Positions 60,501 to 64,000 of a DNA stretch of 64,000 nucleotides are shown here, piece by piece. Position 1 is the stretch's first letter; every line of letters begins with the position of its first letter. Origin of the DNA: Phoronis australis. Taxonomy: Eukaryota > Animalia > Phoronida. Where the stretch lies: contig NMRA01000439.1 of assembly GCA_002633005.1 (NCBI GenBank), positions 248,001 through 312,000 of the forward strand, read 5' to 3'. The position numbers and the translations under genes were made by a program. Below the pieces are notes generated by a model. The model searched no databases. It saw only the letters and a program-made list of their open reading frames with translations, and was not told where the DNA came from.

Positions 60501-63478
60501 TTCTTTACTAGTCCTAGTTACACCCTAAGTGTGTTAGCCGTTTAACTGTTCAAAAACACAGTGAGTCATTCAAAGCTTTCCCACCACAGCAAAACGGAGA
60601 GTTGAATTTGGATTCAACTGCTAGCAGTACAGCAATTATGGATTGAGAGCCTTATTTAGACCCATGCCCCAATACCCAAAATACGGTTTTTTTTTTCAAA
60701 AAAAAATTATTCCAGCATTTCACACTTAGGCGCCTACATTTAGTCAGATTCAGACACAGTTTCTAATGACTTTTTTCCAAAACATAAGTGATCAATATTA
60801 GCGCTATTCAACAATGCTATCATTATCTGATCTCCATTTCTAGAGATCCGAATGGAACTTTTGTATGGGTTTGAACTGTCATTACGTAATGTTGCACAAC
60901 AACTTGCCCTTTGACCTATTCCAAAGGTAAACCCTATTGTTCTGTTTAGAGCGTCTACCTTAATGACATGGGCTATGACAAAACATGCCACTGACAATAG
61001 TATGCTAATTAAAGATCATAATTATACTTGGGTTTTGGGCAAAAAGTTACAACAAACAACTTCACTATTTAGCAGTTTCTATGACAATTTCATATCTTCT
61101 CGTCGAAAATCATCAAAATTTTGATTTAAAAATTTTCGATCAATTTTGCAATTATTTAGCAAAACTAACTATTTTCCGTTTCACCTAGTTTCCTTCTTCG
61201 TTTTTTCCATATCTTCAAAGAATCCACGTAAATTTCAATGATTAGAAATTCAACAATTTCCGTCTTAAAACCATCTGTAAACATTAGCCTTTTTGAGATC
61301 AAACAGCTACAAGGCATAGTTGCAAAAATAGAAACAAGATGACAGATAGCACAAAATGTAAAAAGCCCCGTAGAGTGCCATCTTTGAAAATGATCACTTA
61401 GGCTCACGTTTTGGGGTGAAGCCTTTTTTAATATGTCCAGTTAGCATCCCTCAGTACATGTGATAAAACCACAAAGCGCAAGGAGTTTGTTAGTTCCTTT
61501 AATGGAAGCTTCATTCACTTCTAACTTAAAAAATTCCAGTTTGAAGTTTGTGATTTTTGCTTTGCACCTACTCAGTACTGCATGGTCTCTACTAATGTTG
61601 CATGTAACGGCAGACTGTCTTTTGTTTATTATAACTGCTGTTCATGTATTGGCTTAGAGCGCCACCAGTGAATGCTATACTACATGCATTCAACTCTGCT
61701 CAGGGCAACACAAGGAGGGATATTAACAAGAACGATTAGAGTTGAACATGCGAAGCATGAATGAATGACATACACTGTAACGACGCAACAAATGCCTTAA
61801 CGAATAAAGGATTTAACTGTCTTGACTCTTTTTCGTTCACAAAAATATCCCTTCCCATGTGCTGTCCTTGGCAGCTACACTGTAATATCCGTTGCTCGAT
61901 AAATTAAATTCAAGCAAATAACTTACAAATAGCCAGCATTATATTTCAGCTTGTTATCAGTCCACACAAATTTGCCATCAGTAGCTTTATCATTGAGGCC
62001 AATCCAGTAATCAAGCGCCCTCTTTTGCACCTCGCCAGACAAAAAGTCCTGAAAATAACATTGACTTGTACGCGAGTCATGCTTAAAAGTTCTGGGGCAT
62101 TTGAATCTCCACTTGTTGTGTTTAAACATCTTGGGTTGTTTGGCATGAAAAGTACATTGACACCTTCACCAGTCAAAAGTCAGGGCAACTTCCCGGTTTG
62201 CGTACCTCGAAATCTGCCTCATTACTGAAAGACACCAGAAACATTATACCATAGGGCCAGGCATCTACGGGGCCCCCTATGGAAATGGCAAAGACAAGAA
62301 AAAAGTTACAAAGTTGTTTTTAGGGCTTACACTGGCATTTTCCTTCAAAAGTTGTGGTTTGATCTCAAAAACATTAACTGCAATGGCCAAGTTCAGTTTT
62401 CAATTTCGTGGAGGACTGTTATGAAAAATGTTGATTGCGAGAGCATTTGTTCAAACTGGAAGGACTTGAAGACTTCGCGTTGTCTCCAAAAGTGTCCAGT
62501 TGCATTTGAACGATACAAAATTTACGGTAATGTCACTAATTGCCGGATAGTTTAGCCAACTTCAGCCAGGGTTTAGTAATTTTCAGAAAATCTTCTTGCA
62601 CACAGATGGAGTTCTACCGCCCCAGTGATCCTACTAGCTGCCTTCACATGATTCTTGCATCTGGATAAAAGCTGCAGAGCAAAACAAATTTGGCGCAAAG
62701 TTGGGGGTTTGGCTATTTGAAACATGCACATATAGCGAGTATAATGAATAATTATCATCAAGACATTATACTCACACTGGCCAACTGGGACACTTGTGGA
62801 CTTAGGCAATGACCATCGCCTCTGTTGGCCTCGGGCCAACAGAGGCGATGGTCATTGCCTATGCCTGTGGACTAAGACTAAGAGCAAGATTCAAAAAGAA
62901 CTAGTTTCAAATGTGTTTTACAACATCCCCAGATAAGCCACTATGAGGAGTTACCCCTCCAAGCCCAAAATGCTACACTTTTAGCGCCATGAAAGAGCAC
63001 GATATCTGAAAGACCAATAATGTTGTCACTGATTCTTCTACTCATAAAGTCATCTCGCTCATGTCACGCGCCTATCACCACGTCCACGGCTTGTAAAAGT
63101 TGTAGTGTTAGGCGATCACAGCGCTCGACAGTCACAGTGAAGCAAGCAGTCAGTGCCTGTCCACTCAGTGACGCTTTTTATATCGTGAACCACACCACTA
63201 CGGTCGTGGTATAGGCTTAACTGTACCAAAAGTGCCTTATTCCTTGTTGCATATTGCTGATCGGTTCATAACGTTGCCAGTACAGACCTGACATCACGAG
63301 CGAGTTTCTCTATTCACACTTACCGCTTCGGCTTTGTTCACTATTGTTGTCAACGCCCCCGATCGGCCGGCGCAGAGGCTGTTCGCTTCATCCCAGTTCC
63401 ATCTAGACGAACTGAAGAAGTAGCAATTATTTTTGTATGGGATCCATCCCTGGGGACAGCGAGGAATTTGACCATCAA
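8754..63478 (-). CDS. Giant MRC1-like mosaic C-type lectin receptor, partial. 47 exons, ~2,300 aa; architecture CTLDx5 - F5/8C(with nested Methyltransf_FA) - F5/8C - F5/8C - WSC - CTLDx6
   Basis: All 47 exons have GT/AG boundaries and matching intron phases, joining into one stop-free frame of 6894 nt. Segments resemble MRC1 repeats, e.g. WSDGSPFRYLNW, MYFEWSDGSPV..TKW..EP, FEQAFLSS, EPNN..N.E.C..WND..C....NWIC. Start codon and C-terminus not found in the window. Confidence 0.9.
10321..10568 (-). CDS. exon 46, CTLD-K N-part
   Basis: ADILTPEPTVNTCSSGWVPYGDACYYFLGSSSSWSKALTTC...FWTGLADTV; phase 1-0. Confidence 0.9.
11026..11307. mobile_element. TTAA-flanked MITE (Kolobok-like)
   Basis: TTAA|AGGGACATTGGTGA ... 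TCACCATAGTGTCCCT|TTAA. Confidence 0.7.
11371..11473 (-). CDS. exon 45, CTLD-J C-part (WND)
   Basis: EKCVELQTSLDNHVGRWNDVRCTGYRGYICMTYK; phase 0-1. Confidence 0.9.
12773..12915 (-). CDS. exon 44, CTLD-J (EPN)
   Basis: FLVSKLRGTDRTVWIGLKVMRDNSYMWVSNDDVTYTNWDQGEPNSKD; phase 1-0. Confidence 0.9.
13977..14801. repeat. 350-bp direct duplication 13977-14326 / 14452-14801 around a 5-N gap
   Basis: Near-identical copies; the first carries only the 3' part of exon 43 and stops at the Ns. Confidence 0.9.
14729..14983 (-). CDS. exon 43, CTLD-I end plus CTLD-J N-part
   Basis: FWNDEHCSFKTGFVCEK...GYCPKGYHGFYNKCYRIF...WEKANQACKKEGAVLASIQTESEN; phase 1-1. Confidence 0.9.
15208..15341. mobile_element. Short palindromic MITE
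   Basis: TTTCTCTAATAGTTCGTACAC ... GTGTACAAACTATTAGAGAAA inverted ends, with internal copies of the same motif. Confidence 0.65.
15848..15948 (-). CDS. exon 42, CTLD-I (EPN)
   Basis: WADGAPLKYVNWARMEPNDFGGGEACGGMFRDS; phase 2-1. Confidence 0.9.
16841..16908 (-). CDS. exon 41 copy a
   Basis: Identical coding sequence to 23348-23415; donor GTATAC versus GTAAAC. Confidence 0.85.
17270..17451 (-). CDS. exon 40 copy a
   Basis: Same as 23780-23961 apart from 2 synonymous changes. Confidence 0.85.
17629..18100 (+). mobile_element. hAT-type MITE, shorter member of the same family, 8-bp TSD
   Basis: TIRs CAGGCCTTTATGCAG / CTGGATAAAGGCCTG; TSD ACCCGAAG at 17621-17628 and 18101-18108; empty site in the duplicate at ~24127. 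Confidence 0.9.
18951..19004 (-). CDS. exon 39 copy a
   Basis: Identical to 24850-24903. Confidence 0.8.
20201..20427 (-). CDS. exon 38 copy a (duplicate, probably allelic)
   Basis: Same as 26115-26341 apart from 6 synonymous changes and one K>Q. Confidence 0.85.
22169..22593 (-). mobile_element. Second HINE copy, truncated by the assembly gap
   Basis: Near-identical to ~6398-6847, including the hairpin and GGAC microsatellite; absent at the equivalent site in the other copy (~16085). Confidence 0.85.
23348..23415 (-). CDS. exon 41 copy b, CTLD-I
   Basis: VKSLNSWQVWIGLNELAIGGGH; phase 0-2. Confidence 0.87.
23780..23961 (-). CDS. exon 40 copy b, CTLD-I N-part
   Basis: GSCAPDNDSWKALDGKCYLFMDGQGDTALSWRQANSYCMQRGGYLTSISSQREQNFIQAQ; phase 1-0. 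Confidence 0.9.
24850..24903 (-). CDS. exon 39 copy b, Pro/Thr linker
   Basis: DFNLILTTPGTPPPTAGP; phase 1-1; identical in both copies. Confidence 0.85.
26115..26341 (-). CDS. exon 38 copy b, CTLD-H C-part (EPN/WND)
   Basis: YRGSSISYWIGFNNRDSKKGYVWTDGSPSDFTNWNRGEPNNANNNENCAEMDVWNGKWNDNFCGNKRNWICKLRR; phase 2-1. Confidence 0.9.
27965..28650. repeat. Degenerate minisatellite (~25-27 bp, CATGTTCAATGTGAACATTC-like)
   Basis: Repeated (C)ATGTTCAATGTGAA(C)ATTC variants throughout the interval. Confidence 0.7.
28960..29093 (-). CDS. exon 37, CTLD-H
   Basis: VNKPDDVNAQKTWVDARSDCQKQGAELASFHNSTYHNDFWRKHV; phase 0-2. Confidence 0.88.
29912..30111 (-). CDS. exon 36, CTLD-G end (QPD across junction) plus CTLD-H start
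   Basis: DNTIGQCVAMGAGQTAGLWADQSCKSRLHAICEK...CPSGWETIGDYCFQ; phase 1-0. Confidence 0.9.
30505..30653 (-). CDS. exon 35, CTLD-G middle
   Basis: FEQAFLSSQLGNRDQSYWTDLTDNKIKGMYTFSDTSVVVLYTNWGPSQP; phase 2-1. Confidence 0.9.
30637..31340. repeat. ~44-bp degenerate tandem repeat seeded at the exon 35 acceptor
   Basis: GGAAC.CTTGTTCAAAC.TG.AAG-like units at ~30637, 30681, 30727, 30774, 30818, 30861, 31215, 31260, 31300. Confidence 0.7.
32044..32159 (-). CDS. exon 34, CTLD-G N-part
   Basis: DWIPYKSSCYLFSDFLRNWDWARHFCQSLGGNLVRVDN; phase 0-2. Confidence 0.9.
32503..32616 (-). CDS. exon 33, CTLD-F end plus linker
   Basis: NGLWNDDLCDAQYSALCKTPKQVLPPPSVPPSHPGCDR; phase 0-0. Confidence 0.9.
33148..33302 (-). 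CDS. exon 32, CTLD-F middle (EPN)
   Basis: KTNVWIGLNDLDHSMYFEWSDGSPVLLTKWNSHEPNNWQGRKEDCVHVIRE; phase 1-0. Confidence 0.92.
34145..34327 (-). CDS. exon 31, CTLD-F N-part
   Basis: PTSLRCADGWTPNGDSCYMLVGDPLQSWQDARDYCRSAGGDLASVVTPVEYSFVTSMIAG; phase 1-1. Confidence 0.92.
34861..35026 (-). CDS. exon 30, WSC domain C-part
   Basis: GYMYAGLQNSKYCYCGNSYGKYSVSNRCTNPCTNTVNTTGACGGSYASTIYSTGI (YAGLQ...C.CG...C...C...CGG....IY.T); phase 0-1. Confidence 0.92.
35881..36020 (-). CDS. exon 29, WSC domain N-part
   Basis: IPKGNTKNILIGCYEDKRNDPDLPFEPWSPKFDIWPMSCIRHCFQN (GCY.D...C...C); phase 1-0. Confidence 0.88.
36499..36637 (-). CDS. exon 28, F5/8C #3 C-part
   Basis: IFTGNNDAQTIRKYLLSSPFTARYIRLYPDTFNKFIALRWEVYGCH; phase 0-1. 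Confidence 0.92.
37471..37614 (-). CDS. exon 27, F5/8C #3 middle
   Basis: VDFEVSLYITGVATRGRTGTNAWVKTYYIMYRNDGQTWYSYQEAGKRK; phase 0-0. Confidence 0.92.
38262..38440 (-). CDS. exon 26, F5/8C #3 N-part
   Basis: CEPIPLIDGPHKVLDSQLTASSQYTNAHTPSRSRLNTVRANGLPGAWTPKVDSGGQWIQ; phase 1-0. Confidence 0.92.
38731..38995 (-). mobile_element. Palindromic element enclosing a tRNA-derived (SINE-head-like) segment at ~38816-38900
   Basis: Minus strand GTCCCTATGGCTCAG...GGGTTTGAGTCCCGGTCGGGGCAG (A-box and B-box like), flanked by ~70-bp imperfect inverted arms. Confidence 0.6.
39319..39460 (-). CDS. exon 25, F5/8C #2 C-part
   Basis: AFTGNTDQNSTVVNMFASPFVARYVRLYPSTFVSHVSLRFDVIGCTL; phase 0-1. Confidence 0.92.
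40510..40659 (-). CDS. exon 24, F5/8C #2 middle
   Basis: VDLGLDLRIRGVVTQGRSDAPEWVTSYKVAYWKSGETVPTFYQEPFGQVK; phase 0-0. Confidence 0.92.
41229..41407 (-). CDS. exon 23, F5/8C #2 N-part
   Basis: SECVGEYLVNGDVKADDSALTASSESSTSPAARGRIDMQKSNNLAGGWSSGSSSNQYIQ; phase 1-0. Confidence 0.9.
42261..42509 (+). mobile_element. 249-bp MITE with 6-bp TSD
   Basis: Ends CGGGATATGGAATGACCAATGAC / ATTCCAGGCCCTG; TAACTA on both sides. Confidence 0.75.
42757..42898 (-). CDS. exon 22, F5/8C #1 C-part
   Basis: MFKANIDRSTKVQHNLTYPFEARYVRIRPETWNNRPSLRWEILGCIA; phase 0-1. Confidence 0.92.
43312..43552. repeat. Degenerate ~100-bp tandem repeat, about 2.5 copies
   Basis: TGGAAA.G...A.TTGTGTT..GAGA..CCAGAAA...TTCCA.TCCATGAG repeated. 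Confidence 0.55.
43603..43805 (-). CDS. exon 21, F5/8C #1 resumes
   Basis: RGGWAPKTTTSKSEWIMADFSVPIVVKGLVTQGRSDADEWVTSYWMEYK...; phase 1-0. Confidence 0.92.
44290..44428 (-). CDS. exon 20, Methyltransf_FA domain part 3
   Basis: VGTGDNPLDANSVFMSWQDPSPYKVGGVAVYTGQGIAGTWRFDNPL; phase 0-1. Confidence 0.9.
44834..45045 (-). CDS. exon 19, Methyltransf_FA domain part 2
   Basis: GTSDAHINL...SYEIVIGGWGNSKSAIRN...FKKFWISWAGAFIK, the family's DAHI/YEI.IGGW.N..S.IR/FWI.W signature; phase 1-0. Confidence 0.9.
45211..45315 (-). CDS. exon 18, Methyltransf_FA (FAMeT-like) domain part 1
   Basis: GTQRVITLNTRDETDYTPVTGLHLLASTSITFQFK; phase 1-1. Confidence 0.82.
45623..45799 (-). CDS. exon 17, Pro/Thr linker plus N-terminal part of F5/8C #1
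   Basis: NAPTPSTEPFATSVTPTDCEAQAMISGNHWITDDRITSSSSIDINHGPQNSRLDFTTA; discoidin C...I.D..IT.SS...P..SRL pattern; phase 1-1. Confidence 0.88.
45900..46078 (-). mobile_element. Probable tRNA-derived SINE fragment; related piece at ~8670-8710
   Basis: B-box GGTTCGAGTCC on the minus strand at ~46042-46052; GGGA.T.GAAC...GGAACATCCAA shared with ~8680. Confidence 0.4.
47512..47628 (-). CDS. exon 16, CTLD-E C-part (EPN/WND)
   Basis: GEPNGYDGGEDCVVIASFLGGKWNDAKCFSKYRYICEKP; phase 1-1. Confidence 0.9.
47789..48045. repeat. Two-copy ~173-bp tandem repeat with an internal hairpin
   Basis: TGACCTATCGCAAGCTC..C.CCCTTGT.AAAAGT.AC.GACAA...GGTAAAATGGCG.CTTGGAA twice; GCGATAGGTTGACCC...GGGTTGACCTATCGC inverted pair. 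Confidence 0.65.
48316..48438 (-). CDS. exon 15, CTLD-E middle
   Basis: IMLTYVLSAGNFWIGGNDLGAEGGWSWSDGSPFRYLNWHP; phase 1-1. Confidence 0.9.
49306..49476 (-). CDS. exon 14, CTLD-E N-part
   Basis: PWSPLCGPYWLYDSTNNNCYYISDDFLSWAGSRASCQSKGGELLSINTPHEQTFMT; phase 1-1. Confidence 0.9.
50791..50935 (-). CDS. exon 13, CTLD-D C-part (EPS/WND)
   Basis: GSFKNWGTGEPSSKQENCVEFHGPGGTTGMWNDNSCAREMGFVCKKPA; phase 0-1. Confidence 0.9.
52283..52371 (-). CDS. exon 12, CTLD-D middle
   Basis: NLEQSSWFGLNDKAIINKYTYVDGTDYSE; phase 1-0. Confidence 0.87.
53270..53786 (+). mobile_element. 517-bp related MITE with 6-bp TSD
   Basis: CAGGGCTTGGAATGACCAATGAC / ATTCAAAGTCCTG; ATTATT on both sides; GC-rich interior with GCGGAAA motifs. 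Confidence 0.75.
53831..53989 (-). CDS. exon 11, CTLD-D N-part
   Basis: SYSCPVGWKLFKQSCYWFNTTWLSWDAADAACIDQSATLTSVSNADEQSFIS; phase 1-1. Confidence 0.9.
54495..54602 (-). CDS. exon 10, CTLD-C C-part plus linker
   Basis: NKKGQWITDYCFVKKPFVCEMEIHSQLIPIATPTP; phase 1-1. Confidence 0.88.
55217..55333 (-). CDS. exon 9, CTLD-C
   Basis: DKAKDGTFALWNDNPPSVQFWDNGYPKNTGRMDCAVYLS; phase 1-1. Confidence 0.85.
56264..56349 (-). CDS. exon 8, CTLD-C
   Basis: IAEKTYVAKTLAPKLTKAGVRQIWIGIS; phase 2-1. Confidence 0.88.
56554..56686 (-). CDS. exon 7, CTLD-C N-part
   Basis: GKCPRGWREWFGRCYSVRTGRNKKTWVDAVNYCQSIGAGLIVMD; phase 1-2. Confidence 0.9.
57229..57335 (-). CDS. exon 6, CTLD-B C-part
   Basis: SKAGDNCVLVMSSNNYKWRTESCQREHKFICERPQ; phase 2-1. 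Confidence 0.88.
58246..58325 (-). CDS. exon 5, CTLD-B middle
   Basis: SGSYRWLDNTAVVSAIAEWDTGMPNA; phase 0-2. Confidence 0.85.
58824..59053 (-). CDS. exon 4, CTLD-B N-part
   Basis: IADKCNLADGWHPLGTRCYKLFESSRTWQESQQTC...VWIGISDQ; phase 1-0. Confidence 0.9.
59302..59765 (+). repeat. Old interspersed DNA-transposon-like family; other copies at ~11990-12541, ~46075-46557, fragment ~4200-4450
   Basis: Shared blocks CCACTTTTGCATGAGGGGCTA, TTTTTGAGATTTC.TCTTGAACATTTATAT, GTCAC.TGACCCAATTAA, GTAGATATTTGGC; ends close to TTAA. Confidence 0.6.
59831..59958 (-). CDS. exon 3, CTLD-A C-part (QPD motif)
   Basis: PWAQGQPDNYQKREHCVHFWHNGQLNDASCTYTAYYICKRSL; phase 2-1. Confidence 0.9.
60157..60405 (+). mobile_element. 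249-bp MITE, same family
   Basis: CAGGGGTTGGAAT / ATTCCAAGCCCTG; flanks ATACAT / ATATAT; collinear with 42261-42509. Confidence 0.75.
61927..62048 (-). CDS. exon 2, CTLD-A middle
   Basis: DFLSGEVQKRALDYWIGLNDKATDGKFVWTDNKLKYNAGY; phase 0-2. Confidence 0.9.
62803..62861. repeat. Perfect 28-bp inverted repeat with a 3-nt loop
   Basis: TAGGCAATGACCATCGCCTCTGTTGGCC-TCG-GGCCAACAGAGGCGATGGTCATTGCCTA. Confidence 0.9.
63324..63478 (-). CDS. exon 1 (first in window), CTLD-A N-part
   Basis: DGQIPRCPQGWIPYKNNCYFFSSSRWNWDEANSLCAGRSGALTTIVNKAEA; AG acceptor, GTAAGT donor; phase 1-0. Confidence 0.9.
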
Positions 63479-64000
63479 CTGAAATAGATTAAATACTATA
63501 CTTAACGTGGGAAATATTCATTCATACAAGTCGCCGGACTCTCGCTGCCGACATTAATAGCCATCAGGTGAGCGGAGGGACTGAGAGCCCGGCGCGCTCT
63601 CAGTGGACGGTGGCCGTCCAGTGACGGCCGGAGTGGGTTCATTCACTGAGTGTCCGCTTTAATAATCGACGCAATTCATTAACTGTCCTTGATGGCTAAT
63701 AATTTCACGAGGGCACTCCATATTTGGCGGAGTTGAACCCCTGAGATACTGCCGAACTTATCAAACATTCGAAACCCTAGTACAAGCCTTTACGATCATC
63801 GCTGATTCTTTTGGGACGGAACACAATATGAAACACTTCCGTAGAGTTAGAAGAAAAAAACACGTATAGTTCCAAATCCATTAAGTGAACCATTCGTTCG
63901 GGAATAAAACTGGAAAGGGTCCCGTCAGTCGTTAGAAAAAATCGCTCATCGGAGCAGCAGATCCAGGCCGTTCATGTCAACATCGACCCGAAAAAATTTT

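Overview
Eukaryotic, AT-rich draft-assembly DNA, most likely from a marine invertebrate (a hemichordate-like deuterostome is a guess, not shown). From 63478 down to 8754 the minus strand carries one large gene. I rebuilt it by hand as 47 GT-AG exons with consistent phases, totalling 6894 nt (~2,300 aa) and open at both ends. It encodes a macrophage mannose receptor (MRC1)-like mosaic lectin: 5 C-type lectin domains (CTLD), then F5/8C #1, F5/8C #2, F5/8C #3, WSC, then 6 more CTLDs. The main surprise is a complete farnesoic-acid-O-methyltransferase-like (Methyltransf_FA) domain nested inside F5/8C #1 as a three-exon, frame-preserving phase-1/phase-1 cassette. The whole F5/8C x3 + WSC block sits between the apparent counterparts of MRC1 CTLD1 and CTLD2. 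Four exons appear twice on either side of an 855-N gap, probably as uncollapsed haplotypes with transposon presence/absence differences. Introns and the downstream region hold a Helentron/HINE element whose tandem array repeats a CTCF-like motif every ~150 bp, hAT MITEs with 8-bp and 6-bp TSDs, TTAA elements, a tRNA-like cassette inside an inverted repeat, and repeats seeded from splice junctions. A small plus-strand secreted-peptide gene is possible at ~1.95-4.6 kb. All calls are by eye; no database searches were run.
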